A stretch of 64,000 nucleotides of DNA from Vicinamibacterales bacterium. Lineage in GTDB: Bacteria > Acidobacteriota > Vicinamibacteria > Vicinamibacterales > UBA8438. The stretch covers positions 3,576,982 to 3,640,981 of the forward strand of contig OZ244900.1 of the NCBI GenBank assembly GCA_965221595.1. Direction: 5' to 3'. This document shows positions 1-9,682 of this stretch, one piece after another (positions within the stretch are counted from its first letter, which is position 1; every line of letters begins with the position of its first letter). The position numbers and the translations under genes are program-made. A model generated the notes under the pieces. That model saw nothing but the letters and a program-made list of their open reading frames with translations, was not told the origin of the DNA and ran no database searches.

Positions 1-782
1 ACCGTCGCCACGACGAAGGCGGCCCAGGTCCAGGGGACCAGCGTGCGGATCACCTGGCTCACCGGGTAGCGCATCGCCGTCAAGCCGAGCAGCCGTAGAT
101 CCACCGTCATGATCGAGCCGACCACCAGGCCGATGGCTATCACGTGGATCGATTCCAGCAGCGGGAACCACCACGTGAACCCGATGTGCTGCGAGATGGG
201 GTGGTCCTGCACCCACATCCAGAACGTCGGGTAGGCCTCCAGGGCCGCCCAGTCGAACGGCAGCGTGAAGGGGTCGGTGATGTACTCGGAGTAGGCGATC
301 CAGCGCCCGCCGAGCATGACGCCGACCCAGGCCAGCAGCGACGCCGCCGAGATGGTCCGCGCCGCGAACAGCCGGTCGTCGGACGCCTCCCAGTAGCCGT
401 GCTCCGTGCGGTCTCTCCAGTACAGGCCGAACGCGAGCGCCACACCCAGCAGCAACATCGAGAACTTGAACGTCGCCACCGGGTTGTAGAAGTAGCGGTC
501 CGGCCGCGCCAGGACGAAAAGCAGACCCGTGACGAAATTGACCGCCAGGGCGTACCACGTCCACGGCAGCAGCCGCCGGATCATCTCGCTGACGTTCTGG
601 TTCGGCACCGCGAGCCCCAGGAACCGCAGGTTGATCATGCCGGCCGAGCCGACCACCGCGCCGATCCCCAGGATGTGGAGCGACTGCGCGAGCGGCGGCA
701 GGCCCGGCACGTTGCCCAGCAGGTACCGTGCCCACTCGCGGGTGGGACTGTCGATGAGCGCCTGCGCCAGAAAGTCGCGCAT
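1..782 (-). CDS. integral membrane protein with two internally repeated halves; N-terminus present, C-terminus beyond the window edge
   Basis: Absent from the ORF track because it runs off the window. A reverse-strand ATG at 782-780 opens an uninterrupted frame to base 3: MRDFLAQALIDSPTREWARYLLGNVPGLPPLAQSLHILGIGAVVGSAGMINLRFLGL... The second half repeats the motif (ESIHVIAIGLVVGSIMTVDLRLLGL). It starts 4 nt after the esterase stop, so the two are probably co-transcribed. Confidence 0.6.
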   Translation of the reverse strand, partial: MRDFLAQALIDSPTREWARYLLGNVPGLPPLAQSLHILGIGAVVGSAGMINLRFLGLAVPNQNVSEMIRRLLPWTWYALAVNFVTGLLFVLARPDRYFYNPVATFKFSMLLLGVALAFGLYWRDRTEHGYWEASDDRLFAARTISAASLLAWVGVMLGGRWIAYSEYITDPFTLPFDWAALEAYPTFWMWVQDHPISQHIGFTWWFPLLESIHVIAIGLVVGSIMTVDLRLLGLTAMRYPVSQVIRTLVPWTWAAFVVAT

Positions 783-785
783 GCG

Positions 786-2453
786 CTACGACTCCGAGAA
801 CCCGAAGTAGCCGTCGAAGACGTCGAGCTTGTCCTTGCGGACTTGGGAGACCGCCCGTATCTCGGATCCGAACTCGAGCGACTGGTCGCTGGCGCGCTCG
901 TAGCGCGGCCAGACGGGCAGCCCCTCGCCGTTCGGGTCGCCCGTGCGGGCGAAGTTGGCCCAGTACTGCGAGACGGCGTCCGCCAGCTCGTAGTCCCAGT
1001 CGGTCCAGTCGAGGCCGACCAGCCCGACGTTGCCGAAGACGTACGCCAGCTCGCCCGAGTGGTAGGCGCCGTATGCGCGTCGGCCGCCCTCGACCGGCAG
1101 ATCCGGCTGGTCGGGCACGTACAGACGGAACACCGGCGGCGCGTGGCTGAAGAAGTAGTGGTAGGCGACGTTCCCCGCGGCCTCGACGGCGCGCGCCCAG
1201 GTCCGCATCTCCCAGACGAACGTGCGGTCGCCCGAGATCTGCTTGTCGGCCGTTGCGACCGAGTCGCCCAGGTCGGTTGCGTAAGCCGCCAGCAGCGCGT
1301 CGGCCCGCGGCCCGTACTGGCTCCGGACCGTGGCCTCCAGCTCGGCGCGCGAAGGCTCGGCCGCCGTGTCGTAGAGCGCGGCCCGCTCGTTCGCCATGGC
1401 GCCGACGATGACCGGGACATTGCTGTGCTCGCCGGCCGCGAAGATCGCGCGCGGCGCGCGCGGCAGGACCCAGCCGTCGATGATCGCCCCCGAGCCGAGC
1501 GTGGCCGCCAGCACCGTCTCGGGCGCGACGGCCCGCAACGCGGCCGCCGCCTCGGGACCGTCGCCCTCGACCCCCAGCTCGGCGGCGGCGGCCAGGCCGG
1601 CCGCGTGCGCCGACTGCTCGGCGCCCCGCTCGTCCGTCGCCTGGTCCAGATACGGGCGCTCGCCCTTGAAGCAGCCTCCCGACTGGCCGATCGCCTTGTG
1701 GAACAGCCCCCGGGCGAGCGGCGACGCCATGAGGTAGCACACCGTCCACGAGCCGGCCGACTGGCCGAAGATGGTGACGTTGTCCGGGTTGCCGCCGAAC
1801 GCCGGGATGTTGTCCCGTACCCATTCGAGCGCAGCGACCTGATCGAGCAGGCCGTAGTTGCCGGACGAGCCGTGCGGCGACTCGGCGGTGAGCGCGGGGT
1901 GGGCCAGGAAGCCGAACGGCCCGAGCCGGTAGTTGACGGTGACGAGCACCACGCCCTTCCGCGCCAGCGCCGTGCCGTCGAAGATGCGCGGGCTGCCCGC
2001 GCCGCTGTTGTGGCCTCCGCCGTGGAACCAGACCATGACCGGGAGCGCCGCGGCCGGGCCGTCGGCCGGCGTCCAGACATTCAGGTAGAGGCAGTCCTCG
2101 CTGGTGTCGAGATCGCCCCGCGCGTACAGCGACGACATGTCGCGCGACCGCTGCCAGCAGACGGACCCGAACTCCTTCGCCGGGCGCACGCCGTCCCAGG
2201 CTGCGACCGGTGCGGGCGGCTGCCAGCGGGCATCGCCGACGGGCGGCGCGGCGTAGGGCACGCCGCGGAACGCCAGCACGTCCCGCGCCGCGTCGACGTG
2301 CTCGCCCTCGAGTGCGCCCGCGGGTGCGACCACCACCGGTCCGAAATCGGCCGCGGCAGCGGCCTGTGCGTCGTCGCCGGACGATCCGCAGGCGGACAGT
2401 GTCAGGCCCAGGGCCGGAGCGAGCAAAACCGGTAGATTCGCAGACAGGCGCAT
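786..2453 (-). CDS. carboxylesterase type B (para-nitrobenzyl-esterase-like) lipoprotein
   Basis: Part of ORF 786..2510. Motifs FHGGGH (oxyanion) and GQSAGS (nucleophile elbow) are present. I chose the start at ATG 2453: it has a GGAGGAG SD 5 nt upstream and gives the lipobox signal MRLSANLPVLLAPALGLTLSAC. Confidence 0.9.
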   Translation of the reverse strand: MRLSANLPVLLAPALGLTLSACGSSGDDAQAAAAADFGPVVVAPAGALEGEHVDAARDVLAFRGVPYAAPPVGDARWQPPAPVAAWDGVRPAKEFGSVCWQRSRDMSSLYARGDLDTSEDCLYLNVWTPADGPAAALPVMVWFHGGGHNSGAGSPRIFDGTALARKGVVLVTVNYRLGPFGFLAHPALTAESPHGSSGNYGLLDQVAALEWVRDNIPAFGGNPDNVTIFGQSAGSWTVCYLMASPLARGLFHKAIGQSGGCFKGERPYLDQATDERGAEQSAHAAGLAAAAELGVEGDGPEAAAALRAVAPETVLAATLGSGAIIDGWVLPRAPRAIFAAGEHSNVPVIVGAMANERAALYDTAAEPSRAELEATVRSQYGPRADALLAAYATDLGDSVATADKQISGDRTFVWEMRTWARAVEAAGNVAYHYFFSHAPPVFRLYVPDQPDLPVEGGRRAYGAYHSGELAYVFGNVGLVGLDWTDWDYELADAVSQYWANFARTGDPNGEGLPVWPRYERASDQSLEFGSEIRAVSQVRKDKLDVFDGYFGFSES

Positions 2454-2619
2454 CGCAACTCCTCCAGTTTCGACAGGTTGCTTCGGCGATCGTGGTGTCC
2501 GCCGCTTCAATCAGACGGGGCTGCGCCCCGCACATCCGGGGTCATCATACCAGCCTGCGGCAAGAGGCCCCGCTGCAGTAAACGAGTGATACATCCGGCA
2601 AGGGAAGGCGCTGGATTAT

Positions 2620-2689
2620 TCCTCGTCACGCCTTGCCAGCCCGGCGCCGCGCCCGTCTCGGTGCGACGCAGGATTATCGCCGTGGGCTG
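2620..2689 (+). repeat. partial (3'-half) copy C of the dispersed ~165-bp intergenic repeat family
   Basis: cctcgtcacgccttgccagcccggcgccgcgcccgtctcggtgcgacgcagg...cgtgggctg aligns with the 3' halves of copies at 31557..31719 and 32468..32633. Confidence 0.6.
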
Positions 2690-2721
2690 ACCCGCCCGCC
2701 GGCCGCGGAAGGGTATGCGAC

Positions 2722-2727
2722 TATAAT
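2722..2727 (+). promoter_or_regulatory. candidate -10 box (perfect TATAAT) 11 nt upstream of the ATG at 2739, with no SD in between
   Basis: gcgacTATAATcgcggggtcgaATG. This predicts a leaderless or very short-leader mRNA. Confidence 0.4.
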
Positions 2728-2738
2728 CGCGGGGTCGA

Positions 2739-4151
2739 ATGGCGATCTTCCGTCGCAGGCTGCTCCCCGGCCTGACGCTCGCGCTCGCCGCGGCCCTGCT
2801 GCTGTGCTTCGGCGCCGGGTCGGCCGCGGCGCAGCCGGACGATCACCCCCCCATCGAGCTGTTCCTCGCCGCGGCCGGCGGCAACCCGGGGCAGGTGCAG
2901 CGCGCCCTTGACCAGATCGACGCCGGATGGCGCCCCGGCTATGCCGGCATGGTCTGGGATCTGGCGCGGCTGCTGCGTCCCCCCAGCGCGCGGATGATGA
3001 GCTTCATCACCCTCGTGCGGTTCCTCGAAGAGCAGACCGGCGTACGGTTCGGCCAGGACATCACGCGGTGGAACGACTGGGTCTGGTCCCAGCCTTATGA
3101 ACCCCATCCCGACTACGGCTACCTCAAGGGGCAGTGGTACAGCCGGATCGACCCGCGCTTCGCCGCTTTCTTCCCGCGCGGCGTGGCGGCGGCGATACGG
3201 CTGGACGAGATCGAGTGGGGCGGCGTGGCCGTCAACGGGATCCCGCCGCTGGAGTATCCTGCCCGGCTTGACGCGAGCGCAGCGGACTACCTGGAGGACG
3301 ACCACGTCGTCTTCGGCATCGCGCTGAACGGTGAGGCACGGGCCTATCCGAAGCGGATCCTGGCGTGGCACGAGATGGCGCTCGACCGGCTCGCGGGCGT
3401 CGAGCTGACCATCGTCTACTGCACCCTGTGCGGCACGGTGATTCCGTTCGAGAGCGTGGCGGGGCGGCGGCGGCACACGTTCGGCACGAGCGGCCTGCTC
3501 TACCGGTCGAACAAGCTGATGTTTGACCACGAAACCCGCAGCCTCTGGAATACGTTCGAAGGCGTGCCGGTAATCGGCCCCCTGCTCGGTAGCGGCCTGC
3601 GCCTCACGCCCCACGCCGTCGTGACCACCACGTGGGGAGAGTGGCGGGCCCGGCACCCGGCTACGACCGTCCTGTCGCTCGAGACCGGGCACCGCCGCAA
3701 CTACGCCGAGGGCGCGGCCTACCGTACGTACTTCGGCACCGACGCGCTGATGTTCCAGGTCGCGCGGACCGACCGCCGCCTGCGGAACAAGGACGAGGTG
3801 CTGGTGCTGCGGCTCGCGGACCCCGCGTCCGGGCAACCCGCGCCACTGGCGATAGCCGCGGACTTTCTCGCCGAACGCCGGGTGTTCCGGCACCGCCACG
3901 CCGGCCGCGACCTGGTCGTGGTGACGAGCGAGGCGGGCGCCAACCGTGTCTACGACGCGCACGACGTCCGTTTCGTGCGGCACGGCGCGGCGGGCGCTGT
4001 GCTCGACGCGGCCGGCCGGGCCTGGCGCGTCACGGAGGCAGCGCTCGAGCTGGCTGCGGACCCGGAGGTGCGGCGGCTGCGGCTGCCGGCCCAGCGTGCG
4101 TTCTGGTTCGGCTGGTATGCACAGTTCCCCGAGACCGTGTTGATTCGATAG
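2739..4151 (+). CDS. secreted DUF3179-family protein
   Basis: 470-aa ORF with signal peptide MAIFRRRLLPGLTLALAAALLLCFGAGSAAAQ. It carries the family-typical YCTLCGT motif. The family name is from memory. Confidence 0.75.
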   Translation: MAIFRRRLLPGLTLALAAALLLCFGAGSAAAQPDDHPPIELFLAAAGGNPGQVQRALDQIDAGWRPGYAGMVWDLARLLRPPSARMMSFITLVRFLEEQTGVRFGQDITRWNDWVWSQPYEPHPDYGYLKGQWYSRIDPRFAAFFPRGVAAAIRLDEIEWGGVAVNGIPPLEYPARLDASAADYLEDDHVVFGIALNGEARAYPKRILAWHEMALDRLAGVELTIVYCTLCGTVIPFESVAGRRRHTFGTSGLLYRSNKLMFDHETRSLWNTFEGVPVIGPLLGSGLRLTPHAVVTTTWGEWRARHPATTVLSLETGHRRNYAEGAAYRTYFGTDALMFQVARTDRRLRNKDEVLVLRLADPASGQPAPLAIAADFLAERRVFRHRHAGRDLVVVTSEAGANRVYDAHDVRFVRHGAAGAVLDAAGRAWRVTEAALELAADPEVRRLRLPAQRAFWFGWYAQFPETVLIR

Positions 4152-4186
4152 CCTCTTGTCCAAACAACAACCAAGGAGCCGACGAT

Positions 4187-4648
4187 ATGAATGTCGCGGA
4201 CCGCTACTTCACACGGAGGACCTTCATGACCGCGGCCGGTGCCGGCACGCTGGCGGCCGCGCTGCCGCGCAGACTGGGCGCGGCGGAGCCCACGGCCGCC
4301 GAGCGCGCGAACATCGAGCTGGTCAACGGGTTCTGTGCGGGCTGGAAGGTGCCGCTCGACTGGGACCGGCTCGGCGCCGCACTGGCGGCCGACTGCAGGT
4401 TCCGCCCCACGCAGACCATGCCGGTCGTGGCAGGGCGCGACGCGATCATTGCCATGCTGCAAGACTTCGCGCGGGAAGCGACCGCGGCCGAGTTCGAGGT
4501 GGTGGATTCGTGGGCGCGCGGACCGATCGTCGTCAACGACCGCATAGACCGCTTCGCCCTGCCCGGCAACAACATGGAGATCCCCGTCGTCGGCGTGTTT
4601 CACATGGTCGACGGCAAGATCGCCGAGTGGAGCGACTTCACGTTCTGA
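4187..4648 (+). CDS. SnoaL/limonene-1,2-epoxide-hydrolase-like (NTF2 fold) protein with a Tat-type signal
   Basis: C-terminal 153 aa of ORF 3632..4648. ATG 4187 is preceded by AAGGAG (4173-4178). The N-terminus is FTRRTFMTAAGAGTLAAALP, and the small alpha+beta domain ends in ...VDGKIAEWSDFTF. Confidence 0.7.
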   Translation: MNVADRYFTRRTFMTAAGAGTLAAALPRRLGAAEPTAAERANIELVNGFCAGWKVPLDWDRLGAALAADCRFRPTQTMPVVAGRDAIIAMLQDFAREATAAEFEVVDSWARGPIVVNDRIDRFALPGNNMEIPVVGVFHMVDGKIAEWSDFTF

Positions 4649-4667
4649 GGATATGAGGAGGCATGCG

Positions 4668-5600
4668 ATGACTCGACATCTGCCGGCCGCAGCGTTCTTG
4701 TCGGCGGCGCTCGCCACGGCGGCGTCGGCCGACGCCCAGACGCCGCGCACGCCGTGGGGCGATCCGGATCTCCAGGGCACCTGGACGAACACCACCACCA
4801 CGCCGCTGGAGCGGCCGGCATCGCTCACGGGCCAAGCGACGCTCAGTGCCGAGGAGCGTGCCGCGATCGACGAGGAGAACGCACCCGGGATCGACGCCGC
4901 ACCCGGCGTCGGCGCCTACAACAACTTCTGGATGGAGCGCGGCTACGTGTACGAGCAGACGTCGCTGGTCGTGGATCCGCCGGACGGGCGGCTCCCGGGC
5001 GTGACCCGGTCCGCGCGGCAGCGACAGGAGGCGCTCCGCGCCGCACGGCGGTCGCCGTCGTACCCGGCCTCGTACGAGGAGCCGAGCCTGATGGAGCGCT
5101 GCATCACGCGCGGCGTGCCGGGCATCATGCTGCCCGGCAACTACAACCACAACTACAACATCCTGCAGACACCCGACTACGTCGTGATCTTCGCCGAGAT
5201 GATTCACGACACGCGCATCATCCCGATTGACGGGCGTCCGCACGTCGGCCAGGGGATTCGTCAGTGGCTCGGGGATTCGCGGGGCTACTGGGACGGCGAC
5301 ACGCTCGTCGTCGAGACGACCAACTTCACCGACAAGCTGTACGAGCGGCGCGGCTCGCTGATGGTCTGGGGCACCGGGCGGCACATGACCGTGACGGAGC
5401 GCTTCACTCGTGTCGGCGACACGCTCGACTATCGCTTCACACTGACCGACCCGACTACCTTCGAGCGCCCGTTCACGGCATCGATCCCGATGGTGCCCCT
5501 GGCCGAACCCATGTTCGAGTACGCCTGCCACGAGGGGAACTACGCGATGGCGAACATGCTGCGCGGCGCCCGCCAGGACGACCGGGCCGCGGCGAAGTGA
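4668..5600 (+). CDS. secreted conserved hypothetical protein, paralog 1 (TPRTPWGDPDLQG ... FEYACHEGNY family)
   Basis: ORF 4653..5600. The in-frame ATG at 4668 has a GAGGAGG SD 6 nt upstream and is followed by a signal peptide. It is clearly homologous to 8602..9654 (shared TPRTPWGDPDLQG, RCITRG.P, IIP.DGR, GDSRG.W.GDTLVVE.TNF, FEYACHEGNY). Confidence 0.8.
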   Translation: MTRHLPAAAFLSAALATAASADAQTPRTPWGDPDLQGTWTNTTTTPLERPASLTGQATLSAEERAAIDEENAPGIDAAPGVGAYNNFWMERGYVYEQTSLVVDPPDGRLPGVTRSARQRQEALRAARRSPSYPASYEEPSLMERCITRGVPGIMLPGNYNHNYNILQTPDYVVIFAEMIHDTRIIPIDGRPHVGQGIRQWLGDSRGYWDGDTLVVETTNFTDKLYERRGSLMVWGTGRHMTVTERFTRVGDTLDYRFTLTDPTTFERPFTASIPMVPLAEPMFEYACHEGNYAMANMLRGARQDDRAAAK

Positions 5601-5712
5601 CCACGCCGCGCACGCGGCGCCGGCCGACGCGCCCGCAGCCTCGCTCGGACGCGAGACAGCGGGCAGTCAACAGGTCCGCCTTGCGCAGGTTCCCGGCCGC
5701 GACGCCGCCGCG

Positions 5713-8448
5713 ATGATGCGCGCCCCAGGCCGGTCCACCGCCTGGGTGCTTGCCCTGTTGGCCGGCCAGGCCCTGGCCGGCGCGGCGCAGGAACCCGCGG
5801 GGCCGCAGCCGGGCGCCGAGTCCGTCGTCGTCGACGACTTCGAGAACCTGAGCGGCGACCCGGCGCTGGACTGGATCGGCACGGGCACGGCCGCCTCCAT
5901 TCGGGCCGACCTCGGGCGGGCCGGTTTCGACGTCCTCGATGCGGACCGGGCCGCCGACGTGGCCGACGCGGCCCGCTGGACCGTCTGGGGCAGCTACCAG
6001 CGCCTGGACCGCCGACTGCGCCTGACCGCGCACCTGCGCGCCCCGGCGGATGGCGCTGCGCGGACGCCGCGCACGCTGCGGGTCGCAGGGCCACGCCGCG
6101 ACCTCTTCGACCTGCAGGACCGCATCGCCGACGAGCTGCGCGCGCTCATGCGGCCGGCAGGCGGCGCCGCGCATCGGCGCCCGACGGTGGCCAGCGGGCC
6201 GCCGGCCGCCGAGGCACCGCCGGGCTTGGCGCCCGCCGGGCCGGGCGGTGCCTCCAGCATCACCTACGGACCGCCGGCGCCGGTCTCGCCAGCGGTCATC
6301 AACCGCGACGCCGAGGGGCGCGCCACGCTGCGCGCCGTCCGCGTAGCGGATCTCGACGTCGACGGCCGCCTCGACGACCCCGTGTACCGCGAGGTGCCGG
6401 CGGCGTCGGGTTTCATCACGCAGGAGCCGGCGGAGGGTCTGCCGGCCACTGAGAAGACCGAAGTCTGGCTGCTCTTCGACGACGACAACTTCTATCTGAG
6501 CGTCCGCTGCTGGGACTCGGCGCCCGAGTCTTCCTGGATCATCCGCGACATCCGCCGCGACAGCCAGAACGTGATCTCCGGTGAGTACATCGGCGTGCTG
6601 CTCGACACGTTCTACGACCGCCGCAGCGGCTACAACTTCGGCATCAACCCCGATGCCGGGCGGCTCGACGGCCAGATGACCGACGAGCGCGGCTTCAACC
6701 GGGACTGGAACCCGGTCTGGGAGCTGCGCACCGGCCGCTTCGCGGGCGGCTGGACGATCGAGGCGGCCTTCCCGTTCAAGTCGCTGCGCTACCGACCCGG
6801 CCGGGAACAGGTCTGGGGCTTCAACCTGATGCGGAACGTGCAGTGGAAGAACGAGCGCTCGTTTCTGATCCCGGTGTCGGCGGCGCGCGGTTCCGGCGCC
6901 ATCATGCAGGCATCGCTCGCCGCCACGGTCGTGGGGCTCGAGGCGCCAGAGGAGGGCCTCAGCTTCGAGATCAAGCCGTATGCCATCGCCGACCTGACGA
7001 GCGACCGGAGGGCCCGCCCGCCGGTCGCCAACGCGCTGCACGGCGACGGCGGCCTCGATGTCAAGTACGGCGTCACGCGCAACCTCGTGGCCGACGTCAC
7101 GGTGAACACGGACTTCGCCCAGGTGGAAGCCGACGAGCAGCAGGTGAACCTGACGCGCTTCAGCCTGTTCTTTCCCGAGAAGCGCGAGTTCTTCCTCGAG
7201 AACCAGGGCGTGTTCACGTTCGGCGGCGCCGCGGCCGGACCGTTCGGCACACAGGGCGAGACGCCGGTGCTGTTCTACAGCCGCCGGATCGGGCTGGCGG
7301 ACGGCGGCCGGGAAGTACCGATCGACGCCGGCGCGCGGCTCAGCGGGCGCATGGGCGCGTTCAGCGTGGGAATGCTGAACATCCGGACCGACGACGAGGC
7401 GGTGTCCGGCACGCCCGCCACGAACTTCTCCGTCATCCGGCTCAAGCGCGACATCCTGCGCCGCAGCAGTGTCGGCGCGCTGTACACGCGGCGCTCCGTG
7501 TCACGGCGCAGCCTCGGGTCGAGTGAGACGTACGGCCTCGACGCCCAACTCGGGTTCCACGACAACCTGACCATCAACACCTACTGGGCGCAGACCGACA
7601 CGCTGGGGCTGGAGGACGACGTCAGCTACCGCGGCCAGCTCGACTACGAGGGCGACCGCTATGGCGTGCAGATCGAGCGGCTGGTAGTCGGCGACGACTT
7701 CAACCCGGAGGTGGGCTTCCTGCGCCGCGACGATTTCGAGCAGAGCCGTGGCTACTTCCGCTTCAGCCCGCGGCTGCACGGCAGCCCCGTCATCCGGCGG
7801 CTGTTCTGGGAGGGCCGCTTCGATTACTTCACGACCCGTGCCGGCATCCTCGAAACGCGCCAGGCCCAGGGCCGTTTCGCCGTCGAGTTCGAGAACAGCG
7901 ACGCGATCGACGTGACTTACACGCGCAACTACGAGTTCCTCGACGAGCCGTTCCACATCGCCCGCAACCTGGGCGTCGCGGTCCCGGTCGGGGGGTACAA
8001 CTTCGACGACGTCCGGGTGTCGCTGACGCTCGGGCCGCAGCACCCCCTGGCCGGACAGATCGCGGTCCAGCGGGGTGGCTTCTTCGGCGGCGAACGGACC
8101 AGCCTGGACCTGCTGCGGGGCAGCTTCCAGATATCGCGCCGACTCCTGCTGGAGCCGGGCGTGTCGTTCAACTGGATCGACCTGCCCCAGGACCGCTTCA
8201 GAACCGATCTGGTGACCACGCGGACGACCTTGACGTTCACGCCGCTGATGTTCGTCAGCGCGCTGGTGCAGTACAATTCGAGCAACAATTCGCTGGGCGC
8301 CAACGTCCGGATGCGTTGGGAGTACCAGCCCGGGAGCGAGCTGTTCGTCGTCTACAACGAGCAGCGCGACACACTGCTTCCGCAGCGGTTCCCGGAGCTG
8401 GAGAATCGCACGTTCGTCGTCAAGCTCAACCGGCTGTTCCGATTCTGA
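5713..8448 (+). CDS. outer-membrane protein: N-terminal TolB-N-like domain, then a CBM9/DOMON-like domain, then a DUF5916-type beta-barrel
   Basis: 911 aa with signal MMRAPGRSTAWVLALLAGQALAGAAQE. The segment EVWLLFDDDNFYLSVRCWD is typical of CBM9-like modules. Alternating beta-strand sequence runs to the C-terminus and ends ...KLNRLFRF (terminal Phe). Family names are from memory. Confidence 0.75.
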   Translation: MMRAPGRSTAWVLALLAGQALAGAAQEPAGPQPGAESVVVDDFENLSGDPALDWIGTGTAASIRADLGRAGFDVLDADRAADVADAARWTVWGSYQRLDRRLRLTAHLRAPADGAARTPRTLRVAGPRRDLFDLQDRIADELRALMRPAGGAAHRRPTVASGPPAAEAPPGLAPAGPGGASSITYGPPAPVSPAVINRDAEGRATLRAVRVADLDVDGRLDDPVYREVPAASGFITQEPAEGLPATEKTEVWLLFDDDNFYLSVRCWDSAPESSWIIRDIRRDSQNVISGEYIGVLLDTFYDRRSGYNFGINPDAGRLDGQMTDERGFNRDWNPVWELRTGRFAGGWTIEAAFPFKSLRYRPGREQVWGFNLMRNVQWKNERSFLIPVSAARGSGAIMQASLAATVVGLEAPEEGLSFEIKPYAIADLTSDRRARPPVANALHGDGGLDVKYGVTRNLVADVTVNTDFAQVEADEQQVNLTRFSLFFPEKREFFLENQGVFTFGGAAAGPFGTQGETPVLFYSRRIGLADGGREVPIDAGARLSGRMGAFSVGMLNIRTDDEAVSGTPATNFSVIRLKRDILRRSSVGALYTRRSVSRRSLGSSETYGLDAQLGFHDNLTINTYWAQTDTLGLEDDVSYRGQLDYEGDRYGVQIERLVVGDDFNPEVGFLRRDDFEQSRGYFRFSPRLHGSPVIRRLFWEGRFDYFTTRAGILETRQAQGRFAVEFENSDAIDVTYTRNYEFLDEPFHIARNLGVAVPVGGYNFDDVRVSLTLGPQHPLAGQIAVQRGGFFGGERTSLDLLRGSFQISRRLLLEPGVSFNWIDLPQDRFRTDLVTTRTTLTFTPLMFVSALVQYNSSNNSLGANVRMRWEYQPGSELFVVYNEQRDTLLPQRFPELENRTFVVKLNRLFRF

Positions 8449-8601
8449 CTCGTGCCGGCAGGTGGGAGATGAGACGCGGAGTCGTTCCGGGCGTGCTACG
8501 GCTCCTGGAGCCGTAGCACCGACCAGGGCTGCCTGGCAGCAATCGGTCCCGCTGCGCGCCTACATCCAGTTAATCGGCGACGAACTGGACTGACCGCTGG
8601 A

Positions 8602-9654
8602 ATGAAGAGGTCGACGATGAGAATGCACCAACACCTCGGCGTGCCCGGCGCTGCGCTCGTACTGGCGGCGCTCGTGCTGCTGTCCCCGGCCGGCGCCGCC
8701 GGACAGGAAGGCAACAGCGACACCTGGACGACGCCGCGCACACCCTGGGGCGATCCGGACCTGCAGGGCATCTGGACCACGGACTGGGAGCGCAGTGTGC
8801 CGTTCGAGCGCCCCGCCGAGTTCGGCGAGCGCGCCGAGCTGCGCGCCGAGGAAATCGCCGCGCGCACCGAGCGCGAGTCCGTCCTCCTGACCGACGACAA
8901 GGAGGATCGCACCCCCCGGCCGGGCGACCCGGAGGCCGGTCCGGAACACTGGTACGAATTCGGCGACCGGACCTCGCCGCGCACGTCGCTCATCGTCGAC
9001 CCGCCCGATGGACGCATCCCCCCGCTGACCCTCGGCGCGCAGACCCGCACCATCGACCCGAGCTCGCGGCTCGGTTTCGTCGGCGGCAGCATGGGCGACG
9101 GGCCGTTCGACGGGCCGGAGGACCTGCACCTCGCAGATCGCTGCATCACGCGCGGCCTGCCGCAGACCTGGTATCCGAGCGCCTACAACAACGGGTTCCA
9201 GATCGTCCAGAGTCCCGGCTACGTGGCACTGCTCTACGAGCGTCTCCACGAGCACCGGATCATTCCACTGGACGGCCGCGCGCCGCTCACGGCCGAGATC
9301 GGGCAGTGGTTCGGTGATTCGCGCGGCCGCTGGGAGGGCGACACGCTGGTCGTCGAGGTCACGAACTTCAGCGACCGGACGAACTTCCGTGGTGCGGGCG
9401 CGACGCGGCGCCTGATCGAGCGCTATACGCGCGTGGACGCCGAGACCGTACGCGTGGAGATTACGATCGACGATCCGACGACCTGGACACAGCCCTGGAC
9501 GACGGTCGTCAACGGCATCCACGATCCCGACTACTGGCAGGTGTTCGAGTACGCCTGCCATGAGGGCAACTACGGGATGCGGAACATCCTGAGCGCGGCC
9601 CGCAATCTCGAGCGGGCGGCTGCGGAGCGGGCCGCGGCGGAGGCGGGCAGGTAG
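8602..9654 (+). CDS. secreted conserved hypothetical protein, paralog 2 of 4668..5600
   Basis: 350-aa ORF. Alternative in-frame starts exist at 8617 and 8623 (GAAGAGG SD at 8604-8610). It has a signal peptide and the same motif set as paralog 1. Confidence 0.8.
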   Translation: MKRSTMRMHQHLGVPGAALVLAALVLLSPAGAAGQEGNSDTWTTPRTPWGDPDLQGIWTTDWERSVPFERPAEFGERAELRAEEIAARTERESVLLTDDKEDRTPRPGDPEAGPEHWYEFGDRTSPRTSLIVDPPDGRIPPLTLGAQTRTIDPSSRLGFVGGSMGDGPFDGPEDLHLADRCITRGLPQTWYPSAYNNGFQIVQSPGYVALLYERLHEHRIIPLDGRAPLTAEIGQWFGDSRGRWEGDTLVVEVTNFSDRTNFRGAGATRRLIERYTRVDAETVRVEITIDDPTTWTQPWTTVVNGIHDPDYWQVFEYACHEGNYGMRNILSAARNLERAAAERAAAEAGR

Positions 9655-9682
9655 CGCGCGGCCCGGCCCGCCGAGTCTGCCG

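Noticed and set aside
144-2435. 763-aa plus-strand ORF, plus 635..2080 (minus strand, other frame)
   Set aside because: It is Arg/Pro/Gly/Ala-rich low-complexity translation lying antisense or out of frame to the well-supported esterase (GQSAGS, FHGGG) and the membrane-protein gene. This is a typical high-GC shadow ORF.
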